From Salpingoeca rosetta (taxonomy: Eukaryota; Protista; Choanoflagellata), in contig JAWQFM010000014.1 in the NCBI GenBank assembly GCA_033442325.1, positions 1,329,184-1,393,183 of the forward strand: a DNA stretch of 64,000 nucleotides, given 5' to 3'. The position numbers and the translations under genes were made by a program. The notes below the pieces were generated by a model. The model was not told the DNA's origin and ran no database searches. It saw only the letters and a list, made by a program, of their open reading frames with translations. Of the stretch, positions 20,640 to 58,482 are shown piece after piece; within the stretch, counting starts at the first letter, position 1; each line of letters opens with the position of its first letter.

Positions 20640-20866
20640 ACACGAAGACTGTTATAAGAGAGCTATGCTCACCGTAGGCGAGTGTCTCCGAACGAGTAAC
20701 ACCATAGAGTGCGCGCTCAAAGTGGTCCAGTTGCCGCTCAAATCCAATAGACTTAATGCAAGGTTCCCGAAGGGAGTCGTGAATACGGGTCAGACCGAAT
20801 CGCAGGTATGGGTGACTGACACGACACGTCCATGACTACAGACGGCACGTGTTCTGCTAGCGTCGT

Positions 20867-20911
<45 letters not shown>

Positions 20912-21751
20912 CACAGGCACAGACAGCCAGACCAGAACAAGACCACACGCCACGCACCATTTTAACGAAGGAGGTGAAAGAAGACGAGGAAAGATGGCGC
21001 CATTGACGAACGGCGGACGGTTGCTGCGCAGAGACCCAAAGGCCTCGGGGCAGAGCCATGGACGCATACACAATCGCAGCAAGAAAGGCAATCCTGTCAT
21101 GCACACACAAGTGCGCGCGCGTGTGTGTGTGTGTTGCAGGGAACGTGGCACATAATCGCATGTCAGTGGACGAAGGGATGGATGCAGGGGCGTAACTCGG
21201 AAGCGAGGGACAGCCACAGACACACACACACACACACACACACATATACGTGTGCGATGCACCATCGCCTCAATCATACCCTGTGATTCAGCACACGAGC
21301 ACGGAGCAAATACATGTTGCGTGTGAGGTGAAGGTCACATCACGTCATACAGGCGGACACAAGAGCACGTGCATTCGTGCATGCATGTACGCACGCAGGT
21401 GGCATCTCGCCGGCAACAAGAGGGCAGTACGGGAGCAGACGAAGAAAGCAAAGAGACTCACAGGTTGAGAAGAAGCCGTTGCCAGAGATGGGGAAGGGGC
21501 CGTCAGCGCGCGTGGTGAAGGCGGCACCAAATGCCCACAAGATGACCAGCAGCAGCGCCACGCCAACGTCAAGCTGCAGACACAGACCAAGAATGTCATG
21601 TCATCGCAAGTGGCATGAGAGTCAGGAAGTAGCAACACGGAAGGGCCACACACACACACACACACACATACAGAGACACAAACGATCACACATACGGAGA
21701 GACACACGCACACACACACACACAGACCATCACACATACAGACACGCGCAG

Positions 21752-21794
<43 letters not shown>

Positions 21795-22255
21795 GCCACA
21801 CACACACAGGCAACTAGTGACCAAATGTATCTGCATGCATGCATGCACGGACTGGACCTTCTTGTCAATGTGCATTTGGTTAAAGATGAGGCCTAGGCGG
21901 ATGAAGCAGATGAATGAAGAAATGACGCCAACGGCAATGGCCCAGCCGTTCTCGGCGTCGTCGCAGGAATTAGTGGTGTCGCAACTGTGCACCGTCAGCG
22001 TCAGAGCGAGGGCGAGCGAGCAAGGGAAGCAAAGGGAAGAAGAGACAGGGGTGAGAGGGTGGAACAGGGAGAGAGCTCATGCAGAGAACACGGAGAGCAC
22101 GGAGAGAGCACAGCGAACACACAGGTTGTTGCCACTTACAAGTCGGCTGCGGTGGCAAACTCGATGATGGAGGCTGCAAAGCAGACAAACAGGCTTCCGC
22201 CCACACGCCGGCGCACGGCGGGCTTGTCGTCGAGATGATCCTCTTCTGGCTTCAT
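19367..22255 (-). CDS. Multi-pass membrane protein made of two homologous ~4-TM (MARVEL-like) repeats, Gln/Thr-rich tail
   Basis: Repeat 1 ADFCDTTNSCDDAENGWAIAVGVIS..LWAFGAAFTTRADGPFPISGNGFFSTW; repeat 2 ADVCDSVNDCSERNGFAVAVGAIA..WWAAGAGVNTSAEGPFNSSC..ANGYFSTW. The exon near 20965-21095 needs small indel corrections. Confidence 0.75.
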
Positions 22256-22274
22256 GGTGGCTGTTGAGGGAGCA

Positions 22275-22330
22275 CTTGTGCTTGTGCTTGTGCTTGTGCT
22301 TGTGCTTGTGCTTGTGCTTGTGCTTGCGCT
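22275..22330. repeat. (GCTTGT)n hexanucleotide repeat just upstream of the membrane-protein start
   Basis: About 9 units visible directly. Confidence 0.9.
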
Positions 22331-23496
22331 TGGTTGGATGAATGTACGCTTATATCTTGAATGAATGTACGCTTATATCTGGGGGGTGCTGATGATGTTG
22401 GGTGGCAGCTGCAGCAGCAACTTGGCTTTGCTTCGTTCTCGGGCACGGCAGGTGAGGTTGGTCAAGAAAATGAATGCCAGCGCCTGCGTCGACTGCACCA
22501 CTTCCTCTTCTCCCTTTCTTCTTGCGCCACTGTGATGGTGACATTGCTTGATGATCATCCTCCTCAGCCATTGTCAAAGCAATCCACAGCGTGATGTGTG
22601 GTGTGTTGACTCAATGCAAGCCGCCCCAAAAGCAAGGAAAGAAGCGTGGGGTGGCGAACAAACAAAAGAAAGAACAAACGAACGAACGAACGAAAGAATG
22701 GACGGACGGCCTGTCGCAGCAAGAAACACGCCTCAAGCAAGCGAGGCTGAGATGTTGATGATGAGGGGTGGTGGGGTGATGTGCTCATGCTTGCATCGCC
22801 AACCAACCACAGCAACAACAGTTTGTCATGTTGCGTGATGTATGTAGAAAATTGTGCTAAATTATCCGTTGTTTTTCTCAGCAGCGATGTGTCACCCGCC
22901 TTGATTGCACTGCTGGTGGCGGATGAAGCAATCGCAACCACACCACACTGGTGTTCTGCGGCCTGCAGTGTGTGTGTGTGTGCGTGTGTGTGTGTGTGGC
23001 TCTGTGCGTGTGTGTGTGTGTGCAAAACCTCTGATTCCCTTCCCTGCTTCACCTCGACTTGGTTGGTTGGAGGTTTTGTACTATGGTGGAAAGACAAGGA
23101 CACAAGACAAATGGAACAACAACACCGTTGCCACTCCCTATCCATGTGAAAGGGGTGCAAGCGAAGCAGAGCGAGAAGAGCAAGGGAACGAACAAAACAC
23201 CTTATGCGTAGGAAAGACAACCAAGCGGACGTAGGAAACCAAAAAAAAAAAACTTCACACAACATCAACAGGCTGTATGCTTGCTTGCTCGCTCGCTTGC
23301 GGGAGGGCGAAAAAAACCACCGACACACAACACACATCAAAACCACATCAAACATGCAAACACAAGACAATGACATACACAAACAGAACAGAAGAAGGAA
23401 TGGATGGAGGCGGTGCAGGCATGCAAGTGCGACAAGCATACACGCACACACGCGCACACACGCGCACAGCATGCACACACGCACACATGCAAATGA

Positions 23497-26400
23497 TCAG
23501 AGCCGGTCGAGGAGCTCGCTGGCGGCGGGCGGGTGCGGTTTGGTCATGCGCTTGCGGGCGCGCACGGCGGCGACGGCCTGGCCAGCTGGCGTGGCCGGGT
23601 CGAGCGGGTCGCCCTCCACCATGGCCCAGTGGCCAAACGTGGTGGTGGGGAACGCCTTGCCAGACGTGGCGCGCATGAGGTTGCTGTTGAAGCCAAAGGA
23701 GCGGGCAACAGGCAGGTGCGCGCGCACCGTGTGCAGCGGGGTGCCGGCCACAACCGTCTCACCAACAACAGCGCCACCGCGGTCCTTGAGCACGCGGCGA
23801 ACACCGCCCATGCCCTCCTGCGGGACTGTGTTGAGGGCGACAACACGTGGGGGTGGGGAAGAGGAAGCAGACGGTGAGCGTGGTGTGATGACTTGTGTGT
23901 ATTTGGGGCGATGATATGGTCAATGAAACACACAATACAAGGAACAAAAGCTGGTGTGTGTTTCTGCTGCATTGGAAAGTACGCGCGCCCACAAAGATGC
24001 ACACAAACACACTTGCACAAAGATACATCCACTTTCACTTGCGCACACTTTGACACACACACACACATACGCAATGCACAATACACACATACACATACAC
24101 ACACGTACACGCAACACAAAAACACACACATATACACACACCTTGGATGGTGACAGCAAAGATGGGCTGGAGGAGGCGCGGGTGCGCGGTGAGGACGGCA
24201 CCATGGAAGGCGCGCCGGGCCATGGGCAGAATCTGGTCCACCCGGCGGTGCACAGAGTCCTGGTGCAGCCGTGCATCCGTGATGGAGAACACCACGCCAC
24301 GAAGCTCCTCGTGGCACAGCACGCTGCCAGCGCACACGTCCTTGAAGGCGGTGACCACCATGTCCAGGATCGGGTTGAGGTCCATACCAACCGTCTCGTC
24401 AACCAGCACGTTGCTGCCGCACATGGCCACCACCTTCTTGGCAAGTGCGCGGTCCGCGCCTGCGGCAACGAGCGCCGCCGTGCGGGAGGCCGTGTCCATC
24501 TGCATGCTCACGCTGCCGTCGTCCAGCGCAGCTACGAGGTCGTCGCTGGCAGGGCGCGCCTTCACGTACAGCCGGTTGTGCTTGTTGCTGCTCTTGGCCA
24601 AGCACACCTGCGTGCTCTCCTGCGCCACGCCCTCGCAGTACTGCACGGCCGGCTCCGTGGCCACCACGCTGCAGCCAACCGCCTCGGACAGCGCGTCCAG
24701 GCACAGCTGCACGTGCAGCTCGCCCACCCCGGCCAGGATCTTCTCGCCGGTGGCGCTGTCCGTGTAGCACAGCACGCACGGGTCCTCCTGCTGCAGCGAC
24801 TGCATCGCCTGCTGCAGCTTGGTGGCCAGGCTCTCCTTCTTCGGCCGCACAGACACGCGCACCACGGGCGACACGCTGAAGCGCAGCACCTTGAGCGGGT
24901 GGGCCGCCAGCGTGGAGGTGAGCGTGCCAGCCTTCACCACGGCGCCGTCAAGCCCGAGCACGCCAACAACCATGCCGGCCCTCCCCTCCTTGATCGGCTG
25001 CATGCGGCTCGCCATCACCAGGCGCAGGCCCTTGACAGACACGGGCACAGCGCCGCGCACACGCCCGCCGCTCTTGGCTGCACTGCTGCTGCTGCTGCTG
25101 CTGCTGTCGTCGTCGTCGTTGGTGCGTGGCGGCGTGTAGTCTGGGTCCAGGGCGTGCAGGGTGTCACCAACGCGGACTGTGCCGCAGAAGACGCGGCCAA
25201 AGCCAATCATGGCCTTGCTCTGCTTGGACACGCGCACCATCTTGGTGATGAAGACCACGGCCGGGCCGTGGGGATCGCAGTGCTGCATGGCCCTCACCAC
25301 ATTGCGCTCGCCTTTGCTCATCACGTCTTGTTCGTCTTCAGCCGCCTTATCGCCGTCATCGTCAACAACGCCCTGGTAGCTGTGTCATGATTTGTAGTTG
25401 AGGTGATGGTTGACAGCGTGTGAGTTGGGCAATGGTGGGAGAGCAAAAGGACAAAGGAACAGGAAAAAGGAACAAGGGAGCAAAGCAGACACACACACAC
25501 ACACACAAACACACACGACATACACGAGACACACACACACACACACACACTCAAAGTTCACACACGCGACACACATGCATACACACACATGCATACACAC
25601 ACACACGATACACACACTCAAACAAACAAACACGAGCAGGCGTACATGGCGTGGACGCGGGCGGGCTGTGCCTCAAGCGGCGATGGAAGGTGGTCGTCGA
25701 TGAGGGCCAGCAGGGCGTCAGCAACAGGCAGCCAGGCCTTCATCATCAGCTTGCGCAGGGGCTTGAGCTCGCTCTCCCGCTTCTGCGTCTCCGTCATGGC
25801 GGCAGCGACGCCGAGCGTGCCTGCAAGCTTGAGCAGCGCTGCGCGGTCGCCGGACGACTCCGCGGCGTGCACGGCGTAGATGGGCTGCAGCACAACGGCG
25901 CAGAACGTGCGCTGGTGGGCGCTGCCGTCGGCGTTGAAGCCCTGGTCGCGCCGCCACTTGCCCGTGGACGGGTCGACAAAGTAGTCGCCCCACAGCCGCT
26001 TGGTCAGCTTCATCACCTCCTCCGAGGCGCGGTGCGGTGCCGGTGGCGCGGGCGTGCCTGCCTTGGTTGCCTTGGCCGCCTGCTTCTTCTGCACCAGGGC
26101 TGCGCCAATCTGGGGCAGGGTGAACCCCCAGCCGTACAGGCCGCTGCCAAAGCCGACGGTGCCCTTGCACGGGTCCACGGTGAAGTCAACGCCCTCGGGC
26201 TGGTATGTCTCAATGAGCTCGTTCACGCTGTCGATGGTCGCAGCGACCTTCATGTACGCGTCTACAACAACAAAAACAAATGGTTGGGCAAAAAAGGACA
26301 GCAAAGAGGGAAGCGACAAAGGTTATGTACATCCAACAAAACAGCATCAAAGCCACAAACACACATCTGCACACTTGTTCACACATGTCTCCACATTTGC

Positions 26401-27132
26401 ACACTCGTTCACACACACACATGTGTACACTTGTTCACACACACATGTGTACACTTGCTTACACACCCACACCCACACCCACACCCACACCCACACACAC
26501 ACAATGCGCACACCTTCAGGGGTTGCCTGGAGCTCGGTGATGATGCGGTCGAGCTTGTTGAGGAAGAGGACCGGCTGCACGTGCTCGGCAAGGGCTTGGC
26601 GCACAACCGTCTCCGTCTGCACGCCAACGCCCTCCACGCAGTCCACAATGACAAGCGCGCCATCGCACACCCGCAGGGCCGTGGTCACCTCGCCCGAGAA
26701 GTCGGCGTGGCCCGGGCAGTCAATCAGGTTGACGCGCAGGAAGCCTTCCTCGTTGTTGCGGGGCGGCGGGGCAACGACGGCACCGTCACGGCAGCGGCCT
26801 GGGGCCACCCCGACGCGGGCAGCCCAGTCCGGGTAGTGCAGGCTGATGCCTGTGGACTTGATGGTGATGCCGCGCTCTTGCTCGGCGGCCTCCGTGTCCA
26901 GGGCGAGCGCCTTGCCCGCCTTGGCGTCGTTGAGGACACCGGCACGCGACAGCACAGAGTCCGCCAGCGTCGTCTTGCCGTGGTCCACGTGGGCGATGAT
27001 GCACACGTTGCGCGTCACCGCAGTGACGCGGTCCTCCTCACACCGGAAGATCACATCTTGAACTTGTTGTTGTACTCGGTCGTCTCGGCGGTCCTTAGCC
27101 GCGAAAGGAACAGTTGCCCTCCATGTTCTCAC
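23497..27132 (-). CDS. Divergent eukaryotic elongation factor 2 paralogue
   Basis: G1 [28 protein letters not shown]; eEF2-type [75 protein letters not shown]-terminal LDRL*. Four large exons; start codon unresolved. Confidence 0.9.
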
Positions 27133-27498
27133 GGAGGGCCGGTGAAGGCTTGAAGGGGGTGGGAAAAGCGGGGAGTCGGGTACACGACTCAGTCAGTCAG
27201 TCAGTGGCTTTGAGTACATTGATGAAAGGAAAGAAAGATCGCTGTGTCCTTGGGCCTTTGTAGCTTTGTTGATTGCTGAAGGAAGCGGTGAAAATGCGAT
27301 CACACCCACAGTGAACTTTGCTTGTTGTGTGCTTTGTGTGGCGGCTTGCGTGGTGAGTTATGGAGGACTCTGTAATTGTCGTCGTGTAACAAGTGAAGCA
27401 AGCAGTGAGATGAGTCATGTCACATCTCATTCACAGGGAGCCAAAAATAGAAGGGGGCGTGACTGAGAAAAGAACTGATTTAAGACGAAGAACTGAAT

Positions 27499-32743
<5,245 letters not shown>

Positions 32744-33193
32744 CGCCTTGTGCGTGCAGGTGCTGTCCTTCCTTCGTTGTTGTCTTCCTCGCTGTTTGTG
32801 TGTGTTTTTCTTGGAGGATATTGATGATGAGAGTGCACGCTTTCAATTCCCTCACTTGTGCGTGCATGTGTGAGTGAGTTTGTGTGTGTACTGACATGAG
32901 TCCACATCGTTGCTTCTCTTCACCCAGCACCCACACCCACATCACACATCACCCTCATTGCAACGTGTGCCGCGGTGTGTACGCTCTAATGTCAGGTTGC
33001 ATGCGACACACGCAACACAAAGACGACGACGACGACGACACACGCGCAGCAGACGCAGGCACAAAGCGCGGGACAGCAACATAGCAGCAGGGTCAACATC
33101 AGGCACACGGCGACAACAACAACACCAAGCGCGGTGCAAGCATGCGTGTGTGGATGCATGAGCGGACGCGACTTTGAGTGCGCCCGCACTACA

Positions 33194-33229
<36 letters not shown>

Positions 33230-33427
33230 TTACTCTACACCCACAATCACAGACGCACTCACAGCAAAGCAAACAAACAAGCCAAGGCGACAAACAGCAA
33301 GGGCAAATGTGCTTGCTTGTTGCCTGCTTGCCGCATCATGTGCTTGAATCCGCGGGACGTAGATATGCATGAGAGAGAGAGATGGGTGAAAGGGGAAGGA
33401 AGGGTGGATGGAAGGAAGGATGGCAGC

Positions 33428-33620
33428 TCAGACGTGGCTGGCAAGGTCCTCCAGCAGCTCCTTGACGTGCGGGCGCTTCGTCTCCTTTGCAAGGCGAAGA
33501 ATCTCCTCGCGGTCCTTGGTGATCTCGGCCTGCAATCGGCAGCGACGTGGTGGTGTCGGCGGTGGTGGTGAGCGATGGCGGGACGTGTCAGGGGATGACG
33601 AGGCGGATGAAGCAGAAGAT

Positions 33621-33677
<57 letters not shown>

Positions 33678-34419
33678 ATATGGCGGGTCGCAACAACACA
33701 TGGCCACAAAGGAACACAGACACGAAACATACCAGACAGGTACACACACGCCAGAGCACATGCGCACCAACAAACATATGTACAAACAAAGAGACACACA
33801 TACACATACACCAACACACACACACACACACACACACACACGCGCGCGCACACATTCACACGGCACCTTCTCCTTGAGCTTCATCTGGCGGATCTTGGCC
33901 TCGTGCTTGCGAATGTAGATGGTCTCCTCAGCAAGCTCCTTGTCGCTGAACTGTAACGGTCGGAAAATGAAGATAAGGAAAACAGCAGCGGGTAAGAACA
34001 AAGGGAGAGGCATGCAAGGAGTGAGACTAGAGCGAGCCAAAAAAAAAAATAAGGTATGTACATGCATGCGCGCACGAGTCGAACACACGCACACACACAC
34101 AACCACGTGACGACGCAGACGAAGCGAAAGCACAACAACACCAGGTGAAAGCGCAACAATACAACACACACACACACACACACACACAAACCAGCACACA
34201 CAAAACAACAAAGCACACATAAACCAGCACGCACAAACAACAAAGCACACATAAACCAGCACGCACAAACAACAAAGCACACACAGCACACACACACACA
34301 CATACACCCATATGCACACTTACGCCAGTGCCCTGGACGGAGCGGACGGCGGAGGCGGCGTGCATGGCGCGGGCAGGGGCCGCAAGGCGGACAAGGCGGG
34401 CAACACGGCACAGAGACAT
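33428..34419 (-). CDS. ATPIF1: Mitochondrial F1-ATPase inhibitor IF1-like protein
   Basis: Three exons: Arg/Ala-rich presequence MSLCRVARLVRLAAPARAMH, then G|FSDKELAEETIYIRKHE (cf. IF1 F-x-K-R/K-E-x-A-E-E-x-x-Y) and a coiled coil; about 93 aa. Confidence 0.72.
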
Positions 34420-34814
34420 GGCTGGTTGGTGTGAAGAAATGGGAGAATGTGATTGGAATGAAGGAAGGGGCTGGTTGGACTGGTAACCGCTTGCTTGCTT
34501 GGTTGATATCTCGATCGGGAGCTGTCACACAGCAAAGCAAGAAGGTGAAGAGAAACCAAATGGAGCAGAACCAAAGGAAGAGGAAAAGAGAGGAGAAGCG
34601 CAGCAGAAGACAGAAGAAGAAGAACCGTTAACGTTCACATCACCACAACGTAACGTTGATTGGGGGAGAAGGAAAGGCGGGGAACAACGAGACACGACAA
34701 CCATGTGAGCTGTGAACGAAACAAAAGAGCAAAGATGTATGTGAATCACCAAACAAATACCGCGTGTGTCTCTCTATGCGAGCCTTTCACACACACACAC
34801 ACACACACACACAT

Positions 34815-34849
<35 letters not shown>

Positions 34850-35621
34850 CACACACACATGCACACACACACACACACACACATGCACACAGACACACAC
34901 TATCACGGCCAGCAACCCCATTCCCACATCTTGCTTGCTTCGTGTGCTCTCACTGCCCGCCTGACCTGACGCAAAGAAAAATGAGCAAGTTGCCAATTGC
35001 AAGCGGCTGCAATTTGCAAATCCAGGCTTGACGCCAACAGACGAAGAAGAAGAAGAGGAAGAGGACAACAACCAAACAACCCAGCCACCAGCAAACAACA
35101 CGCAAAACAACAACACACAACACACGCACAACACACGCACAAACGCACGCGCCTCCCTTCTCCTCTCCAGACGTAGGGTTGGATGGGGGGCTTCTAAGCA
35201 ACTGGTGCGCATCCCCGCTGGCTGGTTGCCTGTGGCTGTGGCTGTGTTGTTGAGCTGAGCGCAGCGGGCGCGCAACAACACACGGGCGCCAAACAAGAGG
35301 AGGACGAAGGAGAAGAAGGAGGAGGACGAGGACGAGAAGGAGGAGGAGGAGGTAGAAACAGAAGAACACCAACAACAACTAGACAACTACGCACACAGCA
35401 ACAGCAACAGCAGCAGCAGCAGCAGAAACACGACCCACAAGGGGAGGACGAGCAGCGAAGTTGGCTCTTCCACAGGACAAGGCGCCTTTCTACACAACAC
35501 ACAACACACACAACACACATAACACACACACACACTTACACAAAACATCCTCTCTCCCCCCTCCATCTGTGCCTTCCTCAGCCGACTTTCGCCCCCCCTC
35601 CCTCCTTCAATGCCACACGCC

Positions 35622-39434
<3,813 letters not shown>

Positions 39435-39479
39435 TGGTGGGTGTTGGGTGAGTTGGGTGGATGATAGTGTGCGTGCGTG

Positions 39480-39548
<69 letters not shown>

Positions 39549-39550
39549 GT

Positions 39551-39640
<90 letters not shown>

Positions 39641-40106
39641 GTGTGTATTCGCTGTGTGTGTGTGTGTGTCGACAGGTGTTTAGGCAACAGTGTGGCATTC
39701 TTTATTTGAAGTTGAGCGACTCGGTCGGCTGCTTGTTGTGGTTGAGAGGCAGACATTATTGATTAATTGAACCAACAACGCCAAACCAACAACGCCAAAC
39801 CAACAGCAAATGAATAGCAGCTGCTTGCTTGTGCGCGCGCGTGTGGTGTCGACATTCAAGCGTGGTTATGTACAGCTATGCAACCAGCAGCAGAAACAGG
39901 GAGAGAAAGGCAGAATGGAAAGAGAGAAAGAAAAGAAAAAGTGGCTGTCTCACGCACGGGTTGGATGTGCACGGAAGCTACGTGTAACGCAACAAACACG
40001 CAGCAGCATGGCAAAGTCAGAATGGCTCACAATCACCCACCATCCACCAACTACAACCAACTCGCAAAGTCACCACCATCGACCACCATGCACGGTCCCG
40101 TCTTGT

Positions 40107-41740
<1,634 letters not shown>

Positions 41741-41896
41741 ATCAGCAGCATGGAGTGGTGGGCAGGGGAAAGGTGTGTGTTGGTTGGAAAATGCGTTGCC
41801 AGCCAGCGACCCATATCCACTACATTTCATGCTGTCGCTTTTCAAACCCGTCTGCTGCTGGCTGCTGCTCATCTCCTGCTGTGCTCTCCCAACACA

Positions 41897-41926
<30 letters not shown>

Positions 41927-41927
<1 letters not shown>

Positions 41928-42690
41928 TGTTTGCTGCTCGCTTGGCACGCGTCACCACCGTTGCACGGCGCTTTGCGTCCGAGGTGAGCACAGGGAGTGA
42001 TTGGATGAGGGAGGGATGGCGAGAGAGAGAGAGAGACAACGAGATAACATGGAATACGTGATAGGATGGTTGTCTTCATGGCGCTGCTTTGTTGTCGCCA
42101 CTCGCGCTTGGCTGTATCGTTATTGTTCTCATGTGCACACTTCACCACAATATTGTGACACACTTGACAGCAACCGGCACAGGCACTCCGCTTCGCCGTT
42201 GCACCAAAGATTGTAAGCCTACAGTGTGTGTGTGTGTGCGCAGTGGGTGTGCATGCGTGTTTGCATGTTTGTGGGCGTGCACCAGTGGCGCAACTTGTTG
42301 TAGCTGCTTATTGTAGCACTCGCGTGTATGTTCCTCACTCATTGTGTGCTGCGCATGCATGTGCCACCAAACAAAACCACACACTAGGACACACCGCCTG
42401 CAGCAAAGGACTTGATCTTGGAGCAGCCCATCACAGTTGTGGATGGTCGCGTCGTCGCATCCGGCGGTGGCAGCACCGGCCACCCCATCAACTTCCTCAA
42501 CTTGGTCCGTGTGCATGTGTTTGTGCATATCTGTTCGTGCATCGGTGCGCGTGTGTTTGTGCATGACTGTTTGTGCTTGTCTGTATGCGTGTGTTTGTGT
42601 ATGTATGTATGCTTGGTCGATGTGTGGGACCCTATCACCTTCCCTTCGGGCCTGCTTTTGTACAGCCTCGCTGCACGCGCTCTGTTGACG

Positions 42691-42769
<79 letters not shown>

Positions 42770-42916
42770 CAGGACCAGAACAAGGTGGTGATGTGCCCTT
42801 ACTCGGGCGACTTCTTCATCCGCAAGGGCGCCATCAAGCCGCTGCTGTCCCGTGGTGCCATCATTGAGAAGGATGGCCAGTACTTTAAGAACCCAGACGT
42901 CACCGACGAAGAGTAA
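41927..42916 (+). CDS. NDUFS6: Complex I 13-kDa subunit NDUFS6 (zf-CHCC family)
   Basis: Four in-phase exons: presequence [19 protein letters not shown]|[14 protein letters not shown]|[39 protein letters not shown]|[15 protein letters not shown]. Confidence 0.82.
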
Positions 42917-43305
42917 ACGCATGCGCGGCCTCTCGCTGTTGCTCGAGGCCGTGTGAGCGTTGCTTTCGCTGGTGTTGGTTGACTGGTTGGTTGGAAGCTT
43001 GTGGTAAAGATGTCCTTCCTGTCTGTGATACGTGTCATGTATGTCACACGTGTGTGCGTACACATATGCGTGTGTATGTGTGTGTGTGTGTGTGCTTGAA
43101 CTTGACGAACAACGACGGAGAGGTTGAGAGGAACGGCTGTGTTGTGTTTGCGTGCGTCAATCAGCATGCTGCGTGTCAGTGTTGTTTATGCGGTTGATCG
43201 TGAGGATTAAAAACACATGCACATGTCCGCGTTCATCTTACGGCAGTCGGTTCCGCATACGGAGAGAGAGAGAGAGAGAGAGCGCGCGCGCGTGTGTGTG
43301 TGTGT

Positions 43306-43407
<102 letters not shown>

Positions 43408-43441
43408 ACGTGTGAATGAGGCACGCGTGCAGATGAATAGT

Positions 43442-51101
<7,660 letters not shown>

Positions 51102-51341
51102 CGCTGTTGCCGCCAAAACGCAATCACACCAAGCGAAAAACGGTCATTCGAAACCGAGGAATTATTGATCCCTTCCTTCCAGTTGTTTTCCTGAGTGTCC
51201 TGTGCCCAAGGAAAGGAAGGAAGCCATCACAGCATCACACAAGCATTGCTTCTTGCTCGCAAGCGCAACCACACGCACGCACGATCATCAGCAGTGCAAA
51301 GCCTGCAAGCTTCATTTTGTGATCAGACCATCATCATCATC

Positions 51342-58482
<7,141 letters not shown>

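Noticed and set aside
23497-27132. Calling the gene canonical eEF2, EFL1 or Snu114
   Set aside because: Too divergent for canonical eEF2, lacks the acidic Snu114 N-terminus, and keeps eEF2-type motifs; needs a tree to settle.
23954-27153. 478-aa and 577-aa plus-strand ORFs
   Set aside because: Antisense shadows of the eEF2 paralogue exons.
34190-34280. Three copies of a ~31-nt unit (similar short duplications near 1325, 39770, 54091, 58590)
   Set aside because: Adjacent tandem copies without unique spacers; not CRISPR.
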